Shown here in pieces: positions 1 through 9,176 of a stretch of 52,185 nt of DNA. The stretch is from assembly GCA_035567015.1 (NCBI GenBank), contig DATMPQ010000166.1, positions 1 through 52,185 on the forward strand, written 5' to 3'. The position numbers were made by a program, and so were the translations under genes. A model generated the notes under the pieces. It searched no databases, was not told where the DNA came from, and worked only from the letters and a program-made list of their open reading frames with translations. Numbering within the stretch: position 1 is the first letter of the stretch; each line of letters starts with the position of its first letter. The DNA comes from Chthoniobacterales bacterium. Lineage in GTDB: Bacteria > Verrucomicrobiota > Verrucomicrobiia > Chthoniobacterales > UBA10450.

Positions 1-2
1 CT

Positions 3-413
3 CGCAGTGAAGGCGGAAACTTGACGCTGCAAATTTACACCGAAGAAAGCCGGCGTTTGATCGGACGCGACGGCGAAACGCTCGAGGCCATTCAGTTTCT
101 CTTAAATCGGCTGTTGCAGACAAAAGACAAGGAGGCCGCAAAAGTGATTGTCGATTGCGAGCTTTACCGCTCCATGCGCGAAGACCGCATCGTCCAGCGC
201 GTCCGCGAACTGGCGGAACGCGTTCGCATCACCGGCCGTTCCCTCCAGCTTGAGCCGATGAACTCCTACGAACGGCGCATTGTGCACAACGCGTTCAAAG
301 ACGATCCGGATGTCGCGACCTGGAGCCCGTCCGATTCCGCCCGCATCAAACAGATCACATTGCTGAAGCGCCAACCGAAAAAAGAAACCGCGGAAGGAAA
401 GGCGATTTCCTAA
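3..413 (+). CDS. Jag/KhpB-type KH + R3H RNA-binding protein, C-terminal part (5' end outside window)
   Basis: The frame is open to the window edge. A KH-like LIGRDGETLEAIQFLLN is followed by the R3H signature LEPMNSYERRIVHNAF. Confidence 0.75.
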   Translation, partial: RSEGGNLTLQIYTEESRRLIGRDGETLEAIQFLLNRLLQTKDKEAAKVIVDCELYRSMREDRIVQRVRELAERVRITGRSLQLEPMNSYERRIVHNAFKDDPDVATWSPSDSARIKQITLLKRQPKKETAEGKAIS

Positions 414-438
414 TCACCCCGGTCGCCGGCGGCGACCG

Positions 439-1617
439 CTACAAATTTCCTCGAAACCGCGCAGCTTCCTTTTGCTCGCCCGCGCGCACTTCGGGCCGCC
501 AACGGAACTTCTGCAATATTGGATTCGGTTTGTTTTCGACTGCATCGGCAATGATTTCGCCCAGCACCGGCGCGAATTTGAATCCGTGGCCGCAGTCGCC
601 GGTGGCGATGACTAACCCTGGTCTTTCCGGATCGGGCGCGATCCAAAAATGTCCGTCGTGTGTGTCGCAGTACATGCAGACGCGTGTGTGAACTATTGGC
701 GCGTCTGCCAGCGCGGGAATCGCTCCCGACAAAAATTCGCGCAGATCCTTTTCCTGTGCGGACGTCGCTGCTCGGTCAGGAGAGTCGGGCGACATCTCCC
801 GGCCGGGACCGTGGTTCGCGATTTTGACGACGCCTTGATTCAGCGGGAAACCGTAATAACCCGTCGTTGAAATGTCGGCCCCGAAAAAGGGAAAACGTTC
901 GGGCGAAAAAAGTTCGGGGTCGCGCGGCTTGAGATGAAATACGGGATGGCCGGTCGCTCGAAAGAATTTTTTCGTAAACGGCAACAGATATGGAGTCCAG
1001 GCCCCAAGCGCGATAACGACCGCGTCTCCACTAATTCGATGTCGATCTTCGAGGACAACGCCTTTAACACGATCGTTACCTTCATCAAGCGAGACGAACT
1101 TGACGCCTTGACGTAATTCAACGCCGCACGATTTCGCGCGCTCGGCAAGCATTGCAACGACGCGACCGCTTTCAACGTAGCCCGCATCCGGATCAAGAAA
1201 GCCGTCTTGAAACCGTTCCGCATTAAAGGCGGGAAAACGTTCGCGCAGCTTCGCCGAACCGATGCGCTCGAACTTGTGTCCGCGCTTTTCCAACACCTTG
1301 CAGCTCTCATATTCAAAGTCACCGGGTTCCAGCGGTCGCCTTCGCAGGAACAAAACGCCCGTCTCGTGATACAATTCGACTCCCAGTTCCTGGTTCCATT
1401 TTCGCCAGATCGGGATCGAGCGTTCGGCCAGCGTAGTATAATCTTCGTCGGTCCCGTAAGCCGCGCGCACGGCCTTGCTGATATCGGTTGAGGCGGCGAG
1501 GGGATGCGGTAGTGGCCCCGGATCAATTAGAAGTACTTTGTGACCGCGCTTTTTTAACTCAATCGCGGAAGTAACGCCGTTAATGCCTGCACCAACTATG
1601 ATTACTTCTAGCATCAT
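439..1617 (-). CDS. FAD-dependent oxidoreductase (DAO / sarcosine-oxidase-like family)
   Basis: N-terminal dinucleotide fold MMLEVIIVGAGINGVTSAIELKKRGHKVLLID and C-terminal GDCGHGFKFAPVLGE block. Start moved to the ATG pair at 1617/1614 just before the GxGxxG motif. Confidence 0.75.
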   Translation of the reverse strand: MMLEVIIVGAGINGVTSAIELKKRGHKVLLIDPGPLPHPLAASTDISKAVRAAYGTDEDYTTLAERSIPIWRKWNQELGVELYHETGVLFLRRRPLEPGDFEYESCKVLEKRGHKFERIGSAKLRERFPAFNAERFQDGFLDPDAGYVESGRVVAMLAERAKSCGVELRQGVKFVSLDEGNDRVKGVVLEDRHRISGDAVVIALGAWTPYLLPFTKKFFRATGHPVFHLKPRDPELFSPERFPFFGADISTTGYYGFPLNQGVVKIANHGPGREMSPDSPDRAATSAQEKDLREFLSGAIPALADAPIVHTRVCMYCDTHDGHFWIAPDPERPGLVIATGDCGHGFKFAPVLGEIIADAVENKPNPILQKFRWRPEVRAGEQKEAARFRGNL

Positions 1618-1706
1618 TGTGAATTGTGAGGATCGCGCGTTTGTAGCCACGGCGCTCGGTCACCGTCAATGGATTTGGGCGCAGACGCCTCGCCAGAGCG
1701 AGGCGA

Positions 1707-2705
1707 CTACAAATTGTTAAACTCGAAAACAATCTTGCCGCTGCGTTTGCCTTGCGCGGCGTGCGCGACTGCCGCGTTTACTTCGCTGAGTGGATAGGTT
1801 TTTTCCACTTTGGTTTTTAGTAATCCGCGTTTCGCCATTTCAAAGAGCTGCCGAAACGCTTCCATGCGTTCCGGCATCGTCGCGTTGTCATACCATTTAT
1901 TGATCCAGATTCCGCGGAAGCGCAGATCTTTGAAAATGAGAAGGCCATTCGGAATTTTCAGCGGCTGCAAACTCATTGCCCCGAAAGTCACCATCGTCGA
2001 TTCGGGTGCAAGGCAATTTGCGAGACGCAGGGCGCTCTCGCCGCCTACCGCATTTAGACCCAAACGAATCGGCGCACCGCTCGTCGCATTTTTTACTTCC
2101 TCGCGAAGAGTCTCGCCATCGACAAGCACGACATCGCCGCCGTCGGCGCGCAACTCATCGATTAATTCGGCGCGACGAACAACGTTTACAGTCTTGTAAG
2201 CGAGATCGTGCGCGATCTGAATCACCGCGCGGCCAGCGGCGGAGTTCGCGGCGTTCTGAATCAACCAATCGCCGCGCTTCAACCCGACGTAATCGTGCAA
2301 CAATCGCCACGCAGTCATCGGATTGATTTTCAACATCGCCGCTTGTGCCGGCTCAATTTCCGGCGGAACCGCAACAAGCTCGCTCGCTTTTACCGAGAGC
2401 GCCTCGCGCCACGTGCCAATGTTGTGCGGCAAAATCACCAGCGCACCAATCGCGACGTTCGTGACTTCCGCGCCAAGATCGACAATTACTCCTGCGCCCT
2501 CAAATCCCGGCGTCGCGGGAAGAGCCGGCCGCACCGGATATTTTCCTTCGATTGCATTCAAGTCCGCTGGATTAATCGGCGCGGCGCGCATTTGCACGAC
2601 CGCTTCATCCGACCGCGCTTTCGGCCGCGGCTGGGTCTCAATGCGCAAAACGTCCGCCGGATTTCCGTGCGTTTCGTAAACGGCTGCGATTATATTTTTG
2701 GTCAT
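1707..2705 (-). CDS. MDR-superfamily NADPH-dependent 2-enoyl thioester reductase / quinone oxidoreductase-like protein
   Basis: AAPINPADLNAIEGKYP and NAANSAAGRAVIQIA blocks resemble Etr1/MECR-type enoyl reductases. Start set at MTKNIIAAVYETHG (ATG 2705); the upstream part of the ORF overlaps the divergent gene. Confidence 0.7.
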   Translation of the reverse strand: MTKNIIAAVYETHGNPADVLRIETQPRPKARSDEAVVQMRAAPINPADLNAIEGKYPVRPALPATPGFEGAGVIVDLGAEVTNVAIGALVILPHNIGTWREALSVKASELVAVPPEIEPAQAAMLKINPMTAWRLLHDYVGLKRGDWLIQNAANSAAGRAVIQIAHDLAYKTVNVVRRAELIDELRADGGDVVLVDGETLREEVKNATSGAPIRLGLNAVGGESALRLANCLAPESTMVTFGAMSLQPLKIPNGLLIFKDLRFRGIWINKWYDNATMPERMEAFRQLFEMAKRGLLKTKVEKTYPLSEVNAAVAHAAQGKRSGKIVFEFNNL

Positions 2706-3618
2706 GTCGCCGGCGCAGCAGCCTACATCGAACGTTACCGCCAGCAATCTGCAAGCTGGCGCCCGCCTCGCTCTCATCGGCATGATTGTCAATGTCGCGT
2801 TCGCGATTATCAAAATCACCGCTGGCGTTTTTGGAAATGCTTATGCCCTCATCGCGGATGGAATTGAATCTTCTCTCGATGTGGCGGGCTCGATTGTGAT
2901 CTGGGGCGGATTACGCTTCGCCGCGCGGCCTCCGGACGCCACGCATCCGTACGGTCACGGCAAAGCGGAACCGCTCGCCGCGATTTTTGTCGCGCTCGGC
3001 GTTCTCGCGGCCGCGGTTTTGCTCGCGGTGGAGAGCACTCGGACAATTCTTCTGCCGCATCGCGCGCCCGCCCCCTTCACTTTGGCGGTGCTTCTCACGG
3101 TCGTCGCCGTAAAAGAAACTCTCTTCCGTTACGTCGTCCGCTTTGGCCGTTCCATCAAAAGCATCGCCGTTGAAGCCGACGCATGGCGTCATCGTGCCGA
3201 TGTGCTCACGTCCGTGGCTGCGTTTATTGGAATTTCGATTGCCTTGATCGGCGGCGAAAAGTGGCGAAGCGCGGATAACTGGGCCGCGATTTTTGTTTGC
3301 CTCATCATCGCCACCATCGGCGTGCGTCTGCTCGGGCCCGCGCTGCACGATATTCTCGACACCGCACCGCGCGGCGAAATTATCGATCTTGTCCGCAAGG
3401 CGGCTGCCTCTGTTCCGCGGGTGATCGAGATCGACAAATGTCTCGTGCGAAAAATGGGTTTGGAGTTTTATGTCGATCTCCACGTAAAAGTAGACGGCAG
3501 TATTTCTGTGCGCGAAGGTCATCACATCGCGCATCAGGTGAAAACCGCCATCCAACAAACCGACCCGCGCATTGCCGATGTCCTTGTTCACATCGAGCCC
3601 GCGCAAACAAATCCGTAA
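2704..3618 (+). CDS. Cation diffusion facilitator (CDF) family metal efflux transporter
   Basis: Six predicted TM helices, metal-site-like IADGIESSLDV and HRADVLTSV, and a C-terminal cytoplasmic domain (YVDLHVKVDGSISVREGHHIAHQV). Confidence 0.8.
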   Translation: MSPAQQPTSNVTASNLQAGARLALIGMIVNVAFAIIKITAGVFGNAYALIADGIESSLDVAGSIVIWGGLRFAARPPDATHPYGHGKAEPLAAIFVALGVLAAAVLLAVESTRTILLPHRAPAPFTLAVLLTVVAVKETLFRYVVRFGRSIKSIAVEADAWRHRADVLTSVAAFIGISIALIGGEKWRSADNWAAIFVCLIIATIGVRLLGPALHDILDTAPRGEIIDLVRKAAASVPRVIEIDKCLVRKMGLEFYVDLHVKVDGSISVREGHHIAHQVKTAIQQTDPRIADVLVHIEPAQTNP

Positions 3619-3665
3619 TCTGCAGGGGAAGCAGTTTGCTTCTCCAGGGACGACAACGTCGTTCG

Positions 3666-4367
3666 CTAGAGATCTTGAAGCATCACAATGATGGCGTTAG
3701 TCAAAGTTCGGCGCGCTCGCGCGATCCGATTGGCGAAGCGAATGAAACCCACGATGTGAGTTGGGCGCTTCAAAAAATATAACACAAGTTTAGCCGGTTT
3801 CGTTCGCTGTCGCTCGAGGTCGAATAAAAGATGCGGTGGAGCGGGGAATGGTTCGTCTAGACTGTCGCTGATCGCGCGCAACGAAAGCAGTCGAATGCGG
3901 CGCGCGATGCATGCTCGCGCAATGGTTTCGGTTTCCATGTCGATGGCGAGCGCACCCTGTGCGCGCGCGATCTCATTTCGTTGCTCAGCCGAATCGACGA
4001 TCGTTGTCGATGTAAAAAGTTTGGCCGCACGCACGTTTTGGTCGCCGAGAAGGCGCTGAGCGACGGAAAGTAATTCTCGGTCGGAGAAATTTTCCCCGAG
4101 AAACAAATCGCCAACTCTCAGATTTTCGCCGACGCCGCCAGCGAAGCCGCTGCTGATCCAAATATCCGGATGTTCGACCCGCAGGAAATTATCGATGTTT
4201 GCCTGGCAGGCTTTTTGGCCAATACCCGTGTGAAAGGTCGTGACTGGTCGCTGATTGATCTCTCCGTAAATGATTTCAGTGTCGCCGCTCACTGCGCGCC
4301 GTTTGTTTCGCACAAGAGCGACGAATCCCGAACTCTCCGCCGGCAAAGCGAACGTGATCGCGATCAT
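3666..4367 (-). CDS. Nucleoside phosphorylase family protein (PNP_UDP_1, MTA/SAH-nucleosidase-like)
   Basis: TGIGQKA, SSGFAGG and AIDMETETIA blocks. Start chosen at MIAITFALPAES (ATG 4367); the ORF extends to 4439. Confidence 0.6.
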   Translation of the reverse strand: MIAITFALPAESSGFVALVRNKRRAVSGDTEIIYGEINQRPVTTFHTGIGQKACQANIDNFLRVEHPDIWISSGFAGGVGENLRVGDLFLGENFSDRELLSVAQRLLGDQNVRAAKLFTSTTIVDSAEQRNEIARAQGALAIDMETETIARACIARRIRLLSLRAISDSLDEPFPAPPHLLFDLERQRTKPAKLVLYFLKRPTHIVGFIRFANRIARARRTLTNAIIVMLQDL

Positions 4368-4505
4368 CGCGCCCTCCGGTTTTGCAATAATGTTCCGATA
4401 CTCTGCATGGAGTTTGGAAATAGCCTGAAGCGCAATCAAGGAGGGCGCCTTCCAAGCCGCCCTTTTCGGCGGACCGGAGACTGCCGCTCCCTGAAAGACG
4501 CTCAG

Positions 4506-5201
4506 CTATGGCGGAGACTCGATGATTTGTACGGCAAAACTCTTTTTCTCAGCGCCTGGTGCGGCCGTTTCGTTAGGCGACGGCAAAGGTGAGGGTGAGC
4601 TCGGAGCGCCGCCGGTGATTGTCGAAATCGCCGCCCGAAATTCCATCTCTCGATTCGCGGGAAGATCGATAAGGAGGCCGACACGATGTTGCTCCGGAAT
4701 TCCTTTCGTGGCGGAACCGCCAAGCTGCTGGGTAACCGCGGCGACTTCGTTCGCAACCGCATCCAGTCGCCCGGGCGCTGCCGTTATCGTGATCTCGCTC
4801 ACGCCCAGCGGCGCGGGTGTGAGCGCAGTCGCCGCAGCATGTTCAAGAGATTTCGCTAGTTGCTGGCGCATTTGCGCTTCGAGCAATTCGCGATTCGGAT
4901 TTTTCGTTTCGTGTCGTGCGATCAGCCATAGGCCAACGCCCACGTTTGCTGCCATGAGAATAATGAAGGCTACGCCCACGCGGCGCGCCATTTTTCGGCC
5001 GCGTTCCGAAACATCCGCTTCGGCTGGCAGCAAAACCTCGCGTCCCGCAGTCGCGGAACCGCGCATACTCGCATGAATTTGGCGCGCTACCGCGAGCTCG
5101 CGTTGCAATTGCTGATCCGAAGTCAGCTGCTGCTCCACCTCGGCGCGTTCCCTGGCGGAGAGCTTACCCTCGAGATAATCGAAGAGCTTGTCAGGATTCA
5201 T
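4506..5201 (-). CDS. Hypothetical single-pass membrane protein with anti-sigma-like N-terminus
   Basis: 231-aa ORF with an N-terminal helical region (LSARERAEVEQQLTSDQQLQRELA), one TM segment (VGVAFIILMAANVGVGLWLIA) and a Pro/Ser-rich tail. No partner sigma gene is adjacent. Confidence 0.45.
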   Translation of the reverse strand: MNPDKLFDYLEGKLSARERAEVEQQLTSDQQLQRELAVARQIHASMRGSATAGREVLLPAEADVSERGRKMARRVGVAFIILMAANVGVGLWLIARHETKNPNRELLEAQMRQQLAKSLEHAAATALTPAPLGVSEITITAAPGRLDAVANEVAAVTQQLGGSATKGIPEQHRVGLLIDLPANREMEFRAAISTITGGAPSSPSPLPSPNETAAPGAEKKSFAVQIIESPP

Positions 5202-5305
5202 ATGGCAGCGGAGAAAGCGTGACGCCGGACGCGTTCATGCGCAATGCCGAACTCCGCGGCCGAGTGATTTGCTCTTTCCCCTCGTGGAAATAGTGTACCG
5301 CCCTC

Positions 5306-8300
5306 GTGGGCGAAGATGGCCAGGCAAAATTCCAGAGGCGTGGGAAATGGCGGGGCCGTGCGCTCATTGCCTTGGCTGTGCTCTTCGGATTGGTTCTAAT
5401 CTTTCATCGACCCTTATTGCTGGGCTTGGGCCGGCAGATTGTGCTGCATTACGCTGCGCGAGAACACGTGAAGGCCGAGTTTCGTCTCGAGGGCACGGTG
5501 TTCAACGGTTTGGTCATGCGAAATCTTCACGCCGTGCGAATCGGCCCTGGGCCGATCGAATCGATCGACGCGGAGACAGTGCGCGCTGATTATAGTTTGC
5601 TTGCGCTCCTCCTCCACGGCCCGTCGCAGCTGCTGCGAAATGTGGAAGTCCGCTCGGCACAGATCGTTTTGAATCCGGCCAAGGCGGCCTCAAGGCCGCA
5701 TAAGAAAATCCGGCTGCCGGCGTTGTTTCCGGAGCGTGGGAAATTTGTCGATACAACCCTGATCGTGCGAGGCGCTCCGCGCGATCTCGCGATCGAACAT
5801 GTCGATCTTGATTTGGATCCGGGCAGGCCCGGCGAATTGCGGATCGACAAGTTGCAACTGCCGGCAGGACAGAGCTGGCGAAAAATTTCGGGGCAAACTT
5901 CTTATACAAACAAGAGCCTGATTCTGCGCGATCTAGCGCTCAACGATCAAGAGCGCATTCGATTGCTAAATGTCGATGCATCGAAGATTGCCGCGAAAAC
6001 TTTGTCGATGAATCTCGAGGCAGTGATCGGGGCGGGAACGATTTCAGGTTCGATGACGCTGAATGAAACGCGTTCTTCGCTGAATACGAGGGTTCATTTC
6101 CTTGGAGAAAGGATCGAGGCAGGCGCGCTCAACAAATACCTGGGTCTGCCCGAGGGATTCATCGCCGGCCAAATCGAGCGTTTCAGTCTCGATGGAACGG
6201 GCATGCTGAACAAACCGAACTCTTGGAGCGCGACGATGTCTGCACAAGCCAACGATCTGCGCCAGCAACAGATCACCTTTGATCATTGCGTCTTCGAACT
6301 TTCCGCGCAGCAGGGGCGGGCGATTTTGCAATCAGCGGACATGGTCCAGGGCAAGAACGCGTTTCATCTCCGCGGTGCCGCCGAGCTGCCGGCCGACCTC
6401 AAACAATTCGGACGCAGCCCGGCGACACTGGAAATTACCGCTGCGGCGCTCGATCTCGAGCGATTGACGGCAGGAACGGCGCAGCCGTTGACGGGCTCGG
6501 CCCAGATTCAGGGCAAGATCGAGATCAAGAACGGGAAGATTGATGCCAACTTCATGGCGTCGGGGGGTTCGATTGGATTTGAGAACGGCACGATCGAAAA
6601 GCTCAGCGTTAAGCTTAGTACATCTAAGATAATGCCGGCGTCTAATATAAGAAAATCCTGGTTCGCCGATCTTCGCTCCGCGGTGGACCTGGAGATAACC
6701 AATGTACGTTATCGGGATTATGCGATTGATTCAGCGGAAGGAGCGCTCCGCGGCGCCGATGACGTGCTCAGGCTCGAACGCCTCAATCTAAGGCGAAACC
6801 AAAACGACCTCACTGTTCGCGGCCGATATCGGTTGCCGGAAGAGTTGCGCATGGCCGCGTCGCAGTCAGCGCAGGTGGATCTTTCGTGGAACGCGACCGA
6901 GCTCGGTGATTATTGGATCTCCGATTCGCCGGACAAGGTCACTGGGCCATTGCACATTGCAGCGCAGATTGAGCAGAAGCAGGGACTCAGTGACGGCCAA
7001 ATCACAATCTTCGGATCGAATCTTAAGATGCGAGATCTGCTCTTCAAGCAACTGAGCTTGCAATGCTCGATCTCGAACAAGGTGATTTACGTGAATGATT
7101 TCACCGCGAGTTTGAATGAACGCGATTTTATCGGCGCGAACGGGCTCGTCGATCTTCGCGGCCCGCATCGCTACCGCGGAAACGTTTCGGCGAGTGTTTC
7201 GGACCTATCGACGCTCGAACCGTTGCTCGCTGCTTATGGAAATGAGCACAAATTGGCGGGATCGTTCTTTATCAATTGGGACGGCCGTGGCGAAACAGCA
7301 ACGACGTTCCAACATTCAGGGAAACTGAAGCTTTCTCTCGAGAAAGGCCGCTACGGCGATTTGCAATCGTTGCAGGCGAATGCCGAAGCCACCTATTCGC
7401 CGGCTGGTTTGAATGTTCCGATTCTCTTTCTCGGCAGCAACAAGATGGATTTTCAAGCGATCGCTCGAGCAAGTGGGTTAACGCTTGAGCTTACAAAGAT
7501 CCAGCTTGATCAGGACGCGGCCAAATATGCTTCGGGCTATGTCTCGGTCCCGTTTATTTGGAAGAACCTTGGGACACGTGCGCCAGTATCTCCGTCTAAT
7601 GGAAAGGTGACGGCGACCTTTCAATCGGAAAACATCGACATCAAAAGGCTTTTCGAGGATGTGGGCGTAAAACCGGCGGCCTCGGGGACTGTGAATGTGA
7701 AGTTCGACGCGCAAGGAACCCTCGCGGATTTGAGCGCGCGGCTGGACGTGCAGATGCGCGATGTCCGGAGCGAGCAACTGCCCAAGTTGGAGCCGGCGAC
7801 ACTCGATCTTACCGCGCAGGCGCAACACAACCAACTGAACGTCTCAGGCAAGCTGCAACAGGCCAAAATTCAACCCCTGGAACTAACAGCGAACCTGCCG
7901 TTCAATACGGCAAAAATTCTGCGCCAGCGGAAGGTGGATGAGACCACGCCGCTTACCGCAAAAATCCGGTTGCCGCGAAGTTCAGTAAATTTCCTGCGAC
8001 AATTTGTACCCGCGATTCAGCAACTCGATGGCGACGTGGCGTTGGATGTAAATCTGGGTGGAACGATCGGGCGCCCCCTTTTCACGGGCGCCGGCGACAT
8101 GACTGTGAATCTCGCCCGGTTTAGCGATCCGACGCTGCCCGCGCTGACAAATTTCAAGGGCCGGCTCAACTTTGCACGTGACGCGTTGACCTTGGAGCGG
8201 TTCGGAGGCGAACTTGCCGGCGGCCCGTTTTCGGTGACTGGCCGCATTACATTTCCGAAACTGACCGCCGCGAATCTGGATCTGCAATTGAAAGCCAACA

Positions 8301-9175
8301 GCGCACTGCTCGCGCGCAACGACACATTGACCGCACGAGCGGACGCGAACATCAAAGTCGCCGGACCGATCAGCAGCGCAACTGTCACAGGCAATGTCGC
8401 GCTGACCAACAGTCAGTTCCTCAAGAATATCGATTTGATCCCAATCGGTCTGCCGGGCCGGCCCGCGCCGCAGCCGCCGTCGTCGCGCCCGGATTTTTCC
8501 TTCCCGCAACCGCCGATCCGCGATTGGAAATTTGATGTCGCGATTAAGACGAAGGACGCGGTGCTCATTCGCGGTAACCTGGCCAACGGCGGGGCCGTGA
8601 GCGATCTGAAATTGAGCGGCACGGGGCTGCATCCGGGGTTGCAAGGCCTGGTTCGACTCAACGATGTGGAAGCGACGCTTCCGTTCAGTCGTCTCGAAAT
8701 CGCCTCCGGTTTTCTTTATTTTGATCCAAGCGATTCGATGAATCCGAAGATTGATTTGCATGGCACTTCGTTGCTCCGCGATTACACGATTCATGTTTAT
8801 GTTTACGGCACCCTACTGGCGCCGGAGGCGCTGTTCTCGAGCGAACCGCCGCTTCCCCAGGAAGAAGTCATCTCGCTCCTCGCAACTGGAGCGACGCGAG
8901 AAGAACTTACTGCCAATAACAACGTGCTGGCCGGGCGCGCCGCGACGTTGCTGGTGCAACAGCTTTATCGGAAAATTTTCAAGAAAGGCCAGCCGACAAA
9001 AGGCGAGTCGGTCTTCAATCGCCTGGACGTGGACTTTGGCACGGTTGATCCACGGACCGGCCAGCAAAAAGCCACAGCGCGTTTCAAGGTCAACCAGCAC
9101 TTCCTTCTCATCGGCGACCTCGGCGTCGGCGGAGATTTTCGCGGCCTGGTAAGATATCTCATCCGCTTCCGCTGA
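5306..9175 (+). CDS. tamB: Translocation and assembly module protein TamB-like (DUF490 C-terminus)
   Basis: 1289 aa with an N-terminal membrane anchor ALIALAVLFGLVLIF, a long beta-rich body and a C-terminal LLATGATREELT...FKVNQHFLLIGDLGVGGDFRGLVRYLIRFR block. GTG start. It sits directly upstream of an Omp85 gene. Confidence 0.8.
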   Translation: MGEDGQAKFQRRGKWRGRALIALAVLFGLVLIFHRPLLLGLGRQIVLHYAAREHVKAEFRLEGTVFNGLVMRNLHAVRIGPGPIESIDAETVRADYSLLALLLHGPSQLLRNVEVRSAQIVLNPAKAASRPHKKIRLPALFPERGKFVDTTLIVRGAPRDLAIEHVDLDLDPGRPGELRIDKLQLPAGQSWRKISGQTSYTNKSLILRDLALNDQERIRLLNVDASKIAAKTLSMNLEAVIGAGTISGSMTLNETRSSLNTRVHFLGERIEAGALNKYLGLPEGFIAGQIERFSLDGTGMLNKPNSWSATMSAQANDLRQQQITFDHCVFELSAQQGRAILQSADMVQGKNAFHLRGAAELPADLKQFGRSPATLEITAAALDLERLTAGTAQPLTGSAQIQGKIEIKNGKIDANFMASGGSIGFENGTIEKLSVKLSTSKIMPASNIRKSWFADLRSAVDLEITNVRYRDYAIDSAEGALRGADDVLRLERLNLRRNQNDLTVRGRYRLPEELRMAASQSAQVDLSWNATELGDYWISDSPDKVTGPLHIAAQIEQKQGLSDGQITIFGSNLKMRDLLFKQLSLQCSISNKVIYVNDFTASLNERDFIGANGLVDLRGPHRYRGNVSASVSDLSTLEPLLAAYGNEHKLAGSFFINWDGRGETATTFQHSGKLKLSLEKGRYGDLQSLQANAEATYSPAGLNVPILFLGSNKMDFQAIARASGLTLELTKIQLDQDAAKYASGYVSVPFIWKNLGTRAPVSPSNGKVTATFQSENIDIKRLFEDVGVKPAASGTVNVKFDAQGTLADLSARLDVQMRDVRSEQLPKLEPATLDLTAQAQHNQLNVSGKLQQAKIQPLELTANLPFNTAKILRQRKVDETTPLTAKIRLPRSSVNFLRQFVPAIQQLDGDVALDVNLGGTIGRPLFTGAGDMTVNLARFSDPTLPALTNFKGRLNFARDALTLERFGGELAGGPFSVTGRITFPKLTAANLDLQLKANSALLARNDTLTARADANIKVAGPISSATVTGNVALTNSQFLKNIDLIPIGLPGRPAPQPPSSRPDFSFPQPPIRDWKFDVAIKTKDAVLIRGNLANGGAVSDLKLSGTGLHPGLQGLVRLNDVEATLPFSRLEIASGFLYFDPSDSMNPKIDLHGTSLLRDYTIHVYVYGTLLAPEALFSSEPPLPQEEVISLLATGATREELTANNNVLAGRAATLLVQQLYRKIFKKGQPTKGESVFNRLDVDFGTVDPRTGQQKATARFKVNQHFLLIGDLGVGGDFRGLVRYLIRFR

Positions 9176-9176
9176 A

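Noticed and set aside
2698-2706. The start codons of the divergent enoyl-reductase and CDF genes overlap on opposite strands (CAT 2703-2705 / ATG 2704-2706).
   Set aside because: This depends entirely on my start-codon choices. The CDF could start at a downstream Met and the reductase start is inferred from alignment-like reasoning, so it is not robust enough to report as a finding.
7982-8794. 270-aa minus-strand ORF within tamB.
   Set aside because: It is a shadow ORF inside a long, well-supported gene.
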